From assembly GCF_031769215.1 (NCBI RefSeq), contig NW_026782363.1, positions 124,001 to 188,000 of the forward strand: 64,000 bases of DNA, written 5' to 3'. Below the pieces are notes generated by a model. It searched no databases. It was given only the letters and a program-made list of their open reading frames with translations, and was not told the origin of the DNA. How positions within the stretch are numbered: the stretch's first letter is position 1; each line of letters opens with the position of its first letter. Source of the stretch: Ylistrum balloti (taxonomy: Eukaryota). A program made the position numbers and the translations under genes. Positions 1 through 12,381 of the stretch are shown piece after piece.

Positions 1-109
1 AGTGATACTTCTACTTCGAATTAAGGGGACAAATTTTACTATAATTTTGGTTTAGTAATTTGTCAATGAAAAAGGAGCCAGTTCTTCCAGGTATAAAAAG
101 AAAACTTAC

Positions 110-159
110 GATTTCAGCTTGCTTCCCAACCGGAATCCATTTGAAATGTTTTGTTGTGA
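110..159 (-). CDS. POLR1C: POLR1C exon 6 (50 nt)
   Basis: TAG|[17 protein letters not shown]|GTAAGT; resembles the RPAC1 segment VYTRHMTWIPLGNQADL. Confidence 0.88.
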
Positions 160-3100
160 CTAAGAAAAGAAAAGTCAGGAATATTTTCATTGATTGTTTG
201 AAGCTAGAAATTCATGACTGATTTTGCAATTTAAAATCAACAGAAAATTTCACATAATTTTCACAAAACCTGAAGTATTGCTCCCAAAAATCTACCAATG
301 TAAATTAGAGCCCTAAATTCTGTATTCACCTTTCATATGATTTTATTCCACAATACATTTATGCAGATTAAAAAGCATCTTATCTATATATAATCCTTCT
401 TTATGTTTCCCAAGAAACCGATACTAATACAAACTATGTTAAAACAATTGTTAATATAGCACTGAAATAATGATGGTTATACAAGCAAATTCTTTCACTT
501 AAGGCAGGAGACAAAGTAAACAGTAGTCTGTGTGGTGTATCTAACTGTTGTTGGCAGCTAACCGTATCCCACAGCTGACCTTACCTTTGTGGTCTTTGTA
601 GAGTTCATCTGGGTCAGTTGTGTCCTTTGCATGGCTATTTTTAGTACACTTAACCTTTAGTTGGAACTCTATCGTGTCTTCTGCTGTTCCTTCAGAATCA
701 CCTGTTAAAAAAAAGGGTAAGCATCTTACACTAACAATGATGTTTAGTACAGGAAAAGAAATCACCTTTATATATGTGTATATGAAGGTTCAAGACATGG
801 TCATGATAAGATCTTCTTGTGATCATTATGGTGGATAAGTGTGATTGGAGAGGTAATAGCTGATCATGCCTAGTCAAGTGTGACTCTGATATCTGCACAT
901 TTTTCAGTGTAGTGCACTGTTATAGGCCACTGAAAGTTTGTAGTAGTGAGCTATTATATTCCTGTTGAATATTTTCTTGTGTTTAAACGGACGGGTTAAG
1001 ATTTCAACATTGATGATCAGCTATTATCACTGGCTGCTGACAACCTATCAATTACTAGCTTTATCCAATTATCTGTTGTCTTTTTTTTAACTTAAGTACC
1101 TTACACAGTAGTGACCAATAACATTTCATTAGTTTATAGTTCGTATAGAACACTGCACATTATCATATCTCAAATACAAAGTGTATGATTTAAACTGAGG
1201 AGTCCTACTGATACTAAGAGTTGAGGGTACTCATGGTCACCTCTCTAGCCTTGGCTAGTGGGGATTTCTCTTTAATCTATTGGTGGAGTGTCTGGTTAGA
1301 GACCAAATGTCACTATAGCCTCACCAGAATCATTAATATTGATCAAGGTAAAAACCATGAAGAAGAATTAAAGCTATAAGCTTAATTCATACCCTAGCAG
1401 CTTGGAGCTGTGCTTTTCATTACTCCTTCCAATTGCATCTGTCTATATTAATTCTATCTAAAATCCATGAACATCTAAACATTTTCAATTTAAGTCAAAA
1501 TATGGACTTAGATATTACAGAAGTCTGTTGTGGCATTGAAAAGGAAACTAAAATTCAAACTTGTGTTTTAGAATTATGTCAGAAATCAGTTACTTTTTCA
1601 TATATGTATGATCATCTATGTAACACTAGTATCTTCCATAGAGTAATTAAAAAGATTTTAAAATACTTTTAGTTGTGTAATATTACGACCTTATAGCAAA
1701 CTATGTATCTAATGTATAAGAAACTTCAAAAGTGTGGATAAAGGGAGATAAATTGAACAGTGTAATGACATGAGTATTCTTCCAGAGAAGTGTAGTAATA
1801 TCTTTTTGTGGTGTATTGATATCCTTTCTGCAAAAGTATATGTGTGTTATTGGGATTTTTGTGATAAAAACTTCTGTCCAGACTAAGTGATCACTATTGA
1901 TGCCGAGTGTCCTACAGATGCACAGTGTCTAAAAACTGTGTGTAAAAGTATACAATACCCACCATCAGATCTGTACTCAAACAAGCGAGGATCTGCTTTG
2001 ATAGGAATGAGCCCTAGTCTGTGCGACAGTACTTCATCCTGTATTATTGATGTGTTGTTGTAGATGTATACTTTCTCTATTGCCATGGTTGGCACCTAGG
2101 ATGAATTAAAAGACATCTAGTTAGTACTAGTAAACAATGTTAACTAATCAAAAGCCATCTACTTAGTTCAGGTCAACATTATTATACAACCAATCAAAAG
2201 ACACCTAGTCAGTACAGGTTGACATTATTATACAGCCAATCAAAAGTCATCTAGTCCGCACCAGTCAACATTATCATACAACCCATCAAAAGATATCTAG
2301 TCAGTATTGGTAAACCTTGTCATACAACCAATCAAAAGACATCTAGTCAATGCTGGTCGACAATGTTGTACAAATATTATAATTTTAATTTCAAATAATG
2401 AAATTATAGGAATTCAACCACAATTTGCTAACATATTTATGGCAATGCAGTTTTACATTTGTTTGACGATTAAATTTGGTTTCTTTTATTTTTTTTTTTC
2501 TTAATTTCCTGGTATTGTTTTACATATTGAATTTAATCTTAAAGAGGAAATAAGTTGAAAGAAATAGGTAGCATTGAAAATGAAAATGAACATTTGTTAC
2601 CACAAAAAGTGAACGTTAAGCATGACATTATCCCCATGCCCCGCTGTTTAAAAGAATGACACACAATTATATATATATGTATGTATACATATACATATGT
2701 ATGTTTATATAACTATAATTAGTATTAACTTCATTCCACCATTGATACTAATATTTTGATGTAGACCATCTTTTACTACTTCCTGAACATAGGTTTGGCA
2801 TCATTGGCAAATAAAATAACAACATAATCAAGTACCTTTGTTACACAAATTATTGGGGGAAACATATAAATATGAGGGTTTTCTGAGTAATTGTAAAGCT
2901 TGACCGATGATTAATGCTGTTTTTTGGTAGACAACAGAAAAAGTAAAATACCCAAAATAAGAACTTTTCCAGTAGCAAAATGCACCAAGAAGGCGCTAGT
3001 TTGTACAAAGTTTCAGAAAGTTCTAGAAAAATTATGTTGCCCTCCATGATGATCAGTCAACAAAATTTCAAATACATATCTTGAAGTTTTCAAAATTCTA

Positions 3101-6100
3101 CTCCTGAAACAGCAAAATTTGTAGTTTTGCCAATCTATTTCCATGGTACAAATACAGATTTTGATTTAAATATGGAAACAAGAAATTCAGCATTTTATCT
3201 CTTTTGCTTTTAATTACTTTCTAAAACTACCCTGTCAAAATATCCTCCCTTGAAAGCAAATTAACTTGAAAAAATTGGAATGAACCTTCAATCTTTAAAA
3301 AGTTTCTAAAAAGCTTAATTTTTTTGTAAGAAACAGCATATCATTATTGTGTACATATGAGGTAATGAGCTTGTTACTAAAAACCCACGTAATGTCCGCA
3401 TCTGTGTAATGTCCGCACCCCTTTTTTGACACAAAAATCTGGGGGAAAAAACCCACCTTCCATGTAATGCCCGTGGGTAAAAAATGCAAATTGAAGCTGC
3501 CGATTTCATTTCACGTAAGCTAATGTCGTAATGGCCAAGAGCATGTCGCATTGTGTATAACGTACAGGTACCATTCAAGAATTCACTTAATTGTTTATAA
3601 CTGTGGACAGACGGCGCCACTGACCCTACTGACACACCATCAGACGACGAGAACGCCATTCTTGTAATATTCTTGTACATGTTATTTATTGTTATTTTGT
3701 AAATAAAATGTAGAATGAAAATGTTGTGTTATTTTGTATATGCTCATGGGTATGCTTTTTCAATGGGGAAAGGGGAATAACTCTAACTTTATTCATGTGA
3801 CAAAGTCAAACAAAATGGCTTCCTATTACGAAGGAATACACAATACGAACCTGTAACGAGAAAATGGAAGGAATTAACCATGGAAACTATAATAAATAAT
3901 CATAAATAATCATGTTTGGTTGAGGAAACATAAGAAAAACCATAGAACAATAATATCAGGTATGCTTGGCTTTTAAGAACACAATTCAAGGAGATATATG
4001 AATTGTCGGAAGGAAAAAAGTGTCATTTCCTCTATATCTCTGTAATGTCCGCACCCCCTTTTTTGGATTGATTTTCGGTGAAAAAAAGCGCAGACATTAC
4101 GTGGGTTTTTACGGTACACTGAATATGAAAGGTCTTCTTTGTTGATGACTTATAGAGTAATGTTGAAGATAAACCACTTACATAGCAAGTCTACCAGATA
4201 AATCTGGATCTGGTTTTATAAATGAAATACCTCAGCAAGAATTCAATAATTAACAAAAAAAAAAGTTTCAAAGGGAAATGAGGTTTTTATGAGGTTTTTA
4301 TGTCATTCTTCTGTCACAAAATTAAGTAAAATCAGGTTTCAATACATACAAATTCAATCAACTGTAATATATATTCTTACTTCTGACAAAAGAATTCTGC
4401 GGAATGCATTTGCAATAGCAGCGTCAATGCCAACCATGTCAAATTCTAGTTCATCATCTCCCATCTTCACCACATCAACACGAAAATTCTGTTTCAAAAT
4501 AAAAATGATGAATAGATTATAGTGCTGAATGTTCATTGTATGTTCAGTTCTAAGAAAAAAACACTACTTTATGAGGTCAACAGACAAAATCAAGATAATT
4601 TAGCTTTATGTGGAACCGTCTCTTACTTGTGTGTCTGTCTACATTATGTTTAATGCATTTTGACTGTTTGATTGCTCTGAGGTATATATTGATTTTAAAC
4701 CATTATTTTAAACAGACTTGAACCTTGTAAAACTTCTATTGATTTAATCTTTCGTTAGTGATTAACTGAAAAAAACCTTTTCAAATTTCCTTTGGCTCCA
4801 GGCATCATCATATCCCTCGTAAGCTCCAGGGTAATCTGTGCTGTTTACCTAACATGTCAAATATAACATTGTAATTAACACAAATGAAAAAAATAACACA
4901 CACATCCTCCTCATCACACAAACAAGTGATAGTAATTTGTATGTAATAATTAAGAACTGAAATGCACATTTATAACTTCATGATCTATACCTGGTGCCAT
5001 GTATTCAAGGAAGTCATTTTCTGTTGAAACACTGTTTTTGCTTTTCATCAGACAGTGTGTGCAGGCTGCCTGTGGTCTACCCAAATGTTTACTTATATAC
5101 TCTATCTGTATATCAGTCATGCAGACTGCCTGTGGTCTACCCAAATTTTTACCTATATACTCTATCTGTATATCAGTGCATGCAGACATCCTGTGGTCTA
5201 CCCAAATGTTTACTTCATTTGTTTAACAGTGCATGCAGACTGCCTGTGGTCTACCCAAATTTTTACTTAAAGTAAAACCTGGTGAAAAAATAGAAGACTG
5301 GTTTTCTAGATTGCAGTAAAATAGAAAAAAAAACTATATTCAATAATACACACAAGTTTAAAAAAATATTTTCATCATTTGAAAAAAATCTCAAAGCATG
5401 AACAGGTTTCGACAACATTTAAGACCAGTCCAATTACCACTGGTATTTTATCACCATTACGTTAAAGCTGGTTTCTTCAACATATGATAGCAAGCTTAGC
5501 TTAAGTGGCCCTGCAAATCTTTTAAAGTAAGCCCCCAAAGATCATGCCTGGTCCAAATTTTGAAACAACATTTATGTGTTTCTATTTTAGAATGACCCTG
5601 CATTTCAGTTACCAATGTGAGGGGTTGTGCCCAACCTGTATAACGCCAACTAAGATCTTGACAACACAACATATAAACAAGCATCCAAACGTCAAAGTCA
5701 CAATGATTGCATGACTGATCACTTGCTATAGCGCACCATTTTATCTTCTTTCTTGAAGCACTAGCCATAGCCATTTAACCAACATTTCTGCGCGACAATT
5801 TTTGCTTGATGATTTCATCAACATGACGCCCATTTGCATTGAAAGCTTCGTTCTTTCCAGGCACCGACTGACTCATATCAAAGATACATATACAAAATAT
5901 ATTTATGAATTTGTTTAGTTGCAGTTAGTCTTCGTATCAGAGAGCTCTATCGCCATTCGTGATGTGCTTTTTAACCCGAACACCCCACCTAAGTTGCTGG
6001 ATATTTCTTTTTAGACAAAATGTAAAAGACAACTGCTGCTGACAATTACATTTTCCAATCCGTGCTCTAGGAGTGTCACTCTTGTCCTCGCATCATGTAT

Positions 6101-6112
6101 TCGGTCTTCCAT
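110..6112 (-). CDS. POLR1C: DNA-directed RNA polymerases I and III subunit RPAC1 (RPC40), 5' part; coding exons 6050-6112, 4777-4848, 4381-4488, 1963-2095, 585-701, 110-159; continues beyond the left edge
   Basis: Spliced translation [21 protein letters not shown]|[24 protein letters not shown]|[36 protein letters not shown]|[45 protein letters not shown]|[38 protein letters not shown]|[17 protein letters not shown] matches the RPAC1 family as I recall it; all junctions GT-AG and phase-consistent. Confidence 0.96.
585..701 (-). CDS. POLR1C: POLR1C exon 5
   Basis: CAG|[19 protein letters not shown]...LYKDHK|GTAAGG, 117 nt. Confidence 0.96.
1963..2095 (-). CDS. POLR1C: POLR1C exon 4
   Basis: TAG|VPTMAIEKV...[20 protein letters not shown]|GT, 133 nt. 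Confidence 0.97.
2103..2365. repeat. Degenerate tandem repeat of about 46 bp in a POLR1C intron
   Basis: Recurrent AATCAAAAGACATCTAGT...ACATTATTATACA. Confidence 0.75.
3375..4116. mobile_element. Non-autonomous Tc1/mariner (pogo-like) element
   Basis: Terminal inverted repeats TAC..TAAAAACCCACGTAATGTCCGC and GCAGACATTACGTGGGTTTTTACGGTA; TA ends; subterminal TGTAATGTCCGCACCCC repeats. Confidence 0.75.
4381..4488 (-). CDS. POLR1C: POLR1C exon 3
   Basis: CAG|NFRVDV...[12 protein letters not shown]|GTAAGA, 108 nt. Confidence 0.97.
4777..4848 (-). CDS. POLR1C: POLR1C exon 2
   Basis: TAG|[24 protein letters not shown]|GT, 72 nt. Confidence 0.95.
5060..5270. repeat. Tandem repeat of about 60 bp, about 4 copies, POLR1C intron 1
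   Basis: CTGCCTGTGGTCTACCCAAAT... repeated. Confidence 0.85.
6050..6112 (-). CDS. POLR1C: POLR1C coding exon 1 (21 aa)
   Basis: AAC ATG G start, [21 protein letters not shown], donor GTAATT. Confidence 0.88.
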
Positions 6113-6300
6113 GTTCTCTCTTGACAAACGCACGTTGTTTTGATATTTCCTGGGTCAAATGGATGCTTCGTTGAAGTAAAGTTTATTTACTTATAGTAAA
6201 AACATTCTAACCACCGCGATGATTGTCAGATCCGGATATATCGTTTACGCATGTACGAAAAGGGGAGGGTTCAGAGTTCCGGTAATCGACCGAAAGGAAA
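6113..6300. promoter_or_regulatory. Bidirectional promoter and 5' UTRs shared by POLR1C and AP2S1
   Basis: 188 bp between divergent ATGs; CpG-enriched relative to flanks; ETS-like TTCCGG at about 6277. Confidence 0.8.
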
Positions 6301-6303
6301 ATG
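6301..6303 (+). CDS. AP2S1: AP2S1 exon 1 coding part (ATG only)
   Basis: AAA ATG|GTAAGA; exon 2 lacks a Met and starts at IKF. Confidence 0.88.
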
Positions 6304-9300
6304 GTAAGAACTTATACTGTTTGCCTGTTTTGCAGTAATTTCATCGGTTTTCTTCGAAAATGGTACAACACAATGTTCAGAGATACATTAAAAATGCAAG
6401 CATTAGCACTGCATTTTAAATGATCGCATATTTTCCCGGAACAACCGGCATGCTCACTTGAGTTGCTGTTGATAAGTTATGCTTTGCTATTTCAGTATCA
6501 TGATATACGGATGTACCATAATTCTAAATTATTTGATATGTTTGTCAGAAAGAAACGTGGCTGGCTCTATACTAGTATCTGATGCCAAACAATACCATTC
6601 GATTAATATGGGTATCACATACGTATATTTCGAAACGTAGCAGTTTCTTTCATCTCGGAATAATTATAACTTTACAAGGTTTGACACATTCCCTCATCAC
6701 GGTGCTGTAATAACCCTGCATTTGAGGGGTAATTACTGCAGTGCTTTGACTAATCAGTTAGTTACTCAAATGGAGTTTCATTCTTAAATAGAAAAACAAA
6801 ATTCTTTTAAAAGTTTGCAACAAAATAAGGTGTCATGTTAAAAAGATGACATGATAGCCAATGTGACAATGTATAAATGCGTAGGAAATGTTATTTTGCG
6901 TTAACATAAAAATTTATAACACTCACTTTGTTCTCCATTGACTTCAGTATATAGTGTTGCATTGATTATTGGGCAAAATAAAAAATATGACACCCTTTTC
7001 AGTTGCAAATTTTAAAAAGAACTTTTAAGCGTTTCTGTGTGAGTAACTAATTGATCATTCAATGTGGTAACCATCCCTCAAATGCAGTAGTATTATCCAT
7101 ATGACGAGCTGTGCCCAACCTGTTCATGTTTGTCTTTTGGAGAACAAATTAATACATCAGATTCAGGAAATTTACATCTTCCCCAATCGGTAAAATGTAC
7201 AGATATTACATGAGTCAGGTAGTGCCTGGAAAACCTAAGTTTACATGAAATTCTTGGTTGACAGTATCCAGAAAATAAAACACCAATAAATTTGATAGAC
7301 TGGTTAGTACTTCAAGAAAGGAGGAAAATATATGCACTGCAGCAAGTGATTGATTGCGCAGTTATTGTGACATTTACATTTTAGGTGCTTGTGCATATGT
7401 TGTGATGTTATGGTATGGTTAGTCTTGTGCACCAAATCTTTCAGAGTGCATTTTGGTACCACAATATTGTGACTGTTATGGAACTCGGGTAGAGATTCGT
7501 TATGCACTGTATACATGGAGGAATAAAGAAATTTGAATTATGCCAATTTCATTCATCTTTATGTCAAGTAAAAACAAAAGAAGTCCAACAAATTCAGGAA
7601 AGTGAAAATAGTATTTTTCATCAACATTAGCTACAGGTTAAGTTCAGAACATCAGTATTTCATGTATTTCACATCTGGAAGAATTTTTCTTAGGTGGATC
7701 AAGTCCTCGAATCTCATCCTGGTAATCATATTAAACCAGGTAATACATGCAGAGTGACTTGCGTTTTTGGTGGATGGAAGTTATTTGTTATATGTTTTAC
7801 TTGCAGATAAAGTTTATACTGATACAGAACAGGGCAGGCAAGACTCGCCTCGCCAAGTGGTATATGCACTTTGATGATGATGAGAAGCAGAAACTCATAG
7901 AGGAAGTACACGCTGTGGTCACTGTGAGAGATGCAAAACATACCAACTTTGTTGAGGTATAAATTCATCACAAAAACTCCAGTTTTACTGGGGCATTGAT
8001 AATCAATCTCCATGACATTTTTAAGGATTTTGGTCATGCTGTGCTTCACACTCATTGTATATCTCTTCACAGTTTGGTATCTCTGAAAATTGTTTTGTAA
8101 CAATAATCACATTCAATACTATACTGTAAGGAGTTACTTTTGTGCCCAAATTGGCTGCTTCAACTTAGACATACACTATATGACTTTTGTTGTAGCATTA
8201 GTGAACATTGTCACTATGCTGACTATGATCATGGATAGAAACATTGATTTAATAACAAGTTAACAAGAATTACTGCGATGATATCTGTTTCATACAATTT
8301 GCACAAAAGTGATTTTCTAACTAGGAGGTATGAATGACAAAATCAAAGTTTGATATACTTTCAGATCTCAATATTGATGTTATGCTTACAGACTTAACTT
8401 GTTTGTTTTTCAGTTCCGAAATTTCAAGATAGTGTACAGAAGATATGCTGGTCTATACTTCTGCATATGTGTGGATGTCAGTGACAACAACTTAATGTAT
8501 CTAGAAGCTATTCACAATTTTGTGGAAGTTTTAAATGAATACTTCCACAATGTCTGTGAATTAGATCTAGTGTTTAATTTCTATAAGGTAGGTAAAAAGC
8601 CTGGGAGCTTGGTTTTTGTAAAACATAAATTAAAATTCTCATGGTGACCTATTCAAATACCCTTCATCAGGCATCGCGCATCTGTAAACAATTTAACACT
8701 GTCAACTTCTTCTCTAAAACCCCTGATCCAATTTCAATGAAATTTTGCAGAAATCTTCCTTTGCCTAAGATGAACCAAAATTGTGAATTATACAGTCCCC
8801 ACCCCCAGGGGCCTGAGGGGCAGATCCAAAAGGGGCCAAATTGACACAGCTTTCAAAAAATCTTCTTCTCAAGACCCAGATATGGTAGAATCAAATACTC
8901 TTCATGAATGGAAGCATCTTAGGTGCTTTACCAAGAAACACCAGGGTCTCGCATATCCCCGTGGGGAGGGGGTAAAGTTTACTATAGTTTATATAGGAAA
9001 ACTAGATTTTTGAGCACAATTTGTTAAATTTCTATTGGAAATATTTCAGACTTAGTTAGAATTATGAGTGAAGGATGAAGGCTTGATGGTATGCCAATTT
9101 TGATCCTGATTGACCCACAGGGGCTGATGGATGGGGTCAAAAGGGGTCAAATTGACTCAGATTTCAAAAATCTTCTCAGGACCAAGATATGGTAGAATCA
9201 AATACTCTTCATGAATTGAAGCATCTTAAAGTGCTTTAATTACCAAAATGAGCCTTAAATTTCTTCCTGGGGAGGGATTTTTTTTTGTGGATTTTACTGT

Positions 9301-9479
9301 AATTTTCATAGAAAAATGGTATTTTTGAGCATAACGTTATTTCCCACTGGAGTATTTCTATTTATTTATATTCACAGGTCTACAGTGTTGTGGATGAAAT
9401 GTTCCTTGCAGGAGAAATTCGAGAAACAAGTCAGACGAAAGTGTTAAAACAGCTTCTGATGTTGTCTTCATTGGAATGA
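6301..9479 (+). CDS. AP2S1: AP-2 complex subunit sigma, complete, 142 aa; exons 6301-6303 (ATG only), 7807-7956, 8414-8587, 9378-9479
   Basis: M|[50 protein letters not shown]|[58 protein letters not shown]|[33 protein letters not shown]; near-identical to sigma2-adaptin, same 142-aa length, all junctions phase 0 GT-AG. Confidence 0.98.
6716..7087. mobile_element. Foldback MITE with long (about 130 bp) imperfect inverted arms, AP2S1 intron 1
   Basis: CTGCATTTGAGGG...AGTTACTCA...TTTGCAAC...GGTGTCAT is mirrored by ATGACACC...GTTGCAAA...TGAGTAACT...CCCTCAAATGCAG. Confidence 0.75.
7807..7956 (+). CDS. AP2S1: AP2S1 exon 2
   Basis: TTGCAG|IKFIL...TNFVE|GTATAA, 150 nt. Confidence 0.98.
8414..8587 (+). 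CDS. AP2S1: AP2S1 exon 3
   Basis: TTTCAG|FRNFK...VFNFYK|GTAGGT, 174 nt. Confidence 0.98.
8641..9350 (+). mobile_element. Truncated HINE/Helentron-like element with an internal duplicated block, AP2S1 intron 3
   Basis: Clear similarity to 11851-12381 (GGTGACCTATTC..ATACCCTTCATC..CATCTGTAAACAAT..AAAACCCCTGATCCAATT); block GGTAGAATCAAATACTCTTCATGAA occurs twice. Confidence 0.75.
9378..9479 (+). CDS. AP2S1: AP2S1 terminal coding exon
   Basis: TCACAG|[19 protein letters not shown]...SSLE TGA. Confidence 0.98.
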   Translation, partial: VYSVVDEMFLAGEIRETSQTKVLKQLLMLSSLE

Positions 9480-10063
9480 TAAAACTATAATGACTTAGTA
9501 TTATCAGGTATCATTGTCATCTTGCATTAGTGACCTTCACAATTCTTGATGGGAAGAATTTTGGTTTGTATATAAAAAAAGTGCTCACCTTTTTTTATCA
9601 GAAGTAATTAGTATTCTATTGATGGATCCAGGTTTTTTACCCAACTGTTAAACTGAAGGCAGATTTACTACCATTTGGTCCACGGATGAGTAACAGACAG
9701 CTGTGTACACAGGATTCCCTATCAGGACATTTGTATCATATGAAACTGTTCAACTTTTACTATCGAAACATAGAGTTATTGTTATTATGATGTAAAATTT
9801 CAGCCAACTCTATATGTCCTTGTAGTTTACAGCCCAAAAAGTAAGTACATTATATATGTACACTGTATATAGTTTTTGAAAAATTACACTCATGGAGGAG
9901 CCCTTAACAAATCAACAAATACTAGTATATTAAACAGTGTTAGTGTGTACGTATGGCATTAGTGTAAACTTCGGCCTGATGGTGTTTCTGTTTAAGTGCT
10001 TCATGTGTTGATGTATTTTTGTTAGTGACTGAATTTCCTCATTTGTATGTAAATGTCAATTGT

Positions 10064-10069
10064 ATTAAA
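10064..10069 (+). terminator. Candidate AP2S1 polyadenylation signal (ATTAAA)
   Basis: ATTAAA about 585 nt after the stop, followed by GU-rich GGTTGTTTTGT. Confidence 0.35.
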
Positions 10070-11850
10070 GCATTCCAGTAGCATGTCATGGAACGTAAGG
10101 TTGTTTTGTCTGGAATCAACAGTACTGTCAAGTCATTTGTGATTGTAGAAAGTGACAGTGTTTGTATCATACCATTACTCATTACATTAACAAGGTGAAG
10201 GTCAGGTCCATTTTAAAGGCTGTTTTCAAATGCTAAGGAAGTGATATTGCTATTTTGAGCATACATTAGCAAAATTATACAAATATGTGTAATGATGTTT
10301 GCTTTCTTTGGTACCACCAAAAACATACTCTTATTCTTGTTTCCAATTCTTGCAAAAGAATTTGGAAGCATTTTGCTACTCAGTAATGAATTTAACAGCG
10401 TAGTTAACAATTCTTCAACACTAAGCTTCTTATCTTTGTTATCAATTGAATTTTTTCCGAATTTCATTTTAATTTTCTTGAAGAGAAAATCATTTCATGA
10501 AAGAAATTACATATATTTTATATGTTGCTAAATTATCATTATTTTAAAAGACTTGTGACACTGAGTGTTGATGGAAAAAGAAATTAATAAGTAGACTTTT
10601 AATATGAAAAGAATTTCTTTTAAAAAGGAAACATCTGTCACATTTATTTTGCTTGCACATTTAAATTGGTAAATTAGAATTATTAAGAAAAATGGACAAA
10701 TTTTACTGTTATGTGGATTAAAATGGAAAGGAACCTAGAACTTGGTTTTTACGGCTACTGAGCTCCGTAAGTAATTGTTTTTAATGACAATGCTGATAAG
10801 CATTATCTTGTAGGGTATTTTTCTTTCCTGTTTTTGTAGAATCTCTGCTCTTTGTACATCTCACATAGATAACATTTCCTGACTTGAGAGGTAGAAGTCA
10901 CCATGATGAGGCATTGTTACTATGTACTCCATAGAGATACAACCAGATATTTGTAAAATTGGTCAGTACATCCTTTTCTTTTGCTGTGTCAAAATGACAA
11001 TTCACTTGTAGATGGTAATATATATAGCTTAGCAATTTAGGCTATATCCCATTTTTACTGTCTAGACTCAAAACACCACACTTATTTCCAACCAAAACAC
11101 ACATTTTGTAGCTATCGTCATTTACAAGTAATGGATGGAAAGACACAGGCATTTTTATTGGTGTAATGGTCAGAGGAAATACATTAGTTTGATAAGCTTA
11201 TAGTTTGCTAGAAAGAAATTAGTTCTGGTAACTTGTATATGAAAAATTGGCAATTTGCACATGAAAAAATGCCATGGATAATGCAGTTTTGAAATCAGTG
11301 GTAACAGCCGGTAGTATTACAGGTAATAAAGAGATTCTACTTTAGGTTCAACCATTTACATATATCTGTTAAAACCTGTGTAAAAAGTCACCAGAAACTT
11401 AATATTCTTGGGTGATATAACAATAAGATTCATTTATGTGGGGAGTCATTTTCTTGTGTTCTGTATTTGTCGATAAACTGTTATCATGACTTTTCTTAAC
11501 TTTTCGAATGTTCAGAAAGCTGGTAACTGTACCTGGCTTTCATTAGTAATTCAATCGAGTAAAGCCAGTTTGTGTCAGAAAACCACAGTGAATTCTGAGG
11601 AAAGTGTTTATATAGCTGTATGTATTTATATAGATATGTAGAATCTATTGTTACTACCAAGTACCAACACAATGTGCAATTATTTAAGAACAATAAAATA
11701 TGTACAAACATGAAGTGTTAGCTGTTGTGGTATGATAGAGGTTCTCCTGCTAAGCCAATAGAAAATTAACGTATTTGTGTATGTAAACTTCATTCTCATT
11801 TCCCAGTTTTTTGCTCCGAAATCTCACACATTTTGATTCTGCTTCTTTTT

Positions 11851-12381
11851 TTAGGTCACCTGAGACATGGTGACCTATTCCGATACCCTTCATCGTGCAT
11901 CTGTAAACAATCGAACACTTTCGACTTCTTCTCCAAAACCCCTGATCCAATTTTAATGAAATTATGCAGAAACCTTCCCTGTCCCAAGATTAACCAAAAT
12001 TGAGAATTATACAGTCCACACCCCCAGAAGTCAAAAGGGGTAAAATTGACTCGGATTTCAAAACTGAATGGAAGCATCTTAAGGTGCTTTAATTACCAAA
12101 ATGAGTCTCACATTTCTTCCTGGGGAGAAATATTTTCTCTAGACTTTACCGTAATTGTCATAGAAAGTCTTTATTTTTTAGCATACTTTTGGTTATTTCC
12201 CACTGGTAATAATGTTATAAGAATTATCAGCATAGGATGACAGTTTTGATAGAATGAATGTATTGACACTGTCTTTATTCAGTGTCACAATTTCTGTTTC
12301 ATGACACTTGTTAACTACCCTTCAACATTTATATTCAATATTGCTTATCTCAGGTGACCGTCAAGGCCGCAAGGCCTCTTA
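11851..12381 (+). mobile_element. Complete non-autonomous Helentron-associated element (HINE)
   Basis: T-run then 5' SIR AGGTCACCTGAG (11853), 3' SIR CTCAGGTGACC (12349), terminal hairpin AGGCC-GCAA-GGCCT then CTT. Confidence 0.85.

Noticed and set aside
5498-5995. Possible TTAA-flanked (Kolobok-like) element with short ORFs in POLR1C intron 1
   Set aside because: Termini too degenerate to define; ORFs match nothing recognisable
702-6049. Intronic snoRNAs in POLR1C
   Set aside because: No properly spaced C box/D box pair with a terminal stem was found by eye
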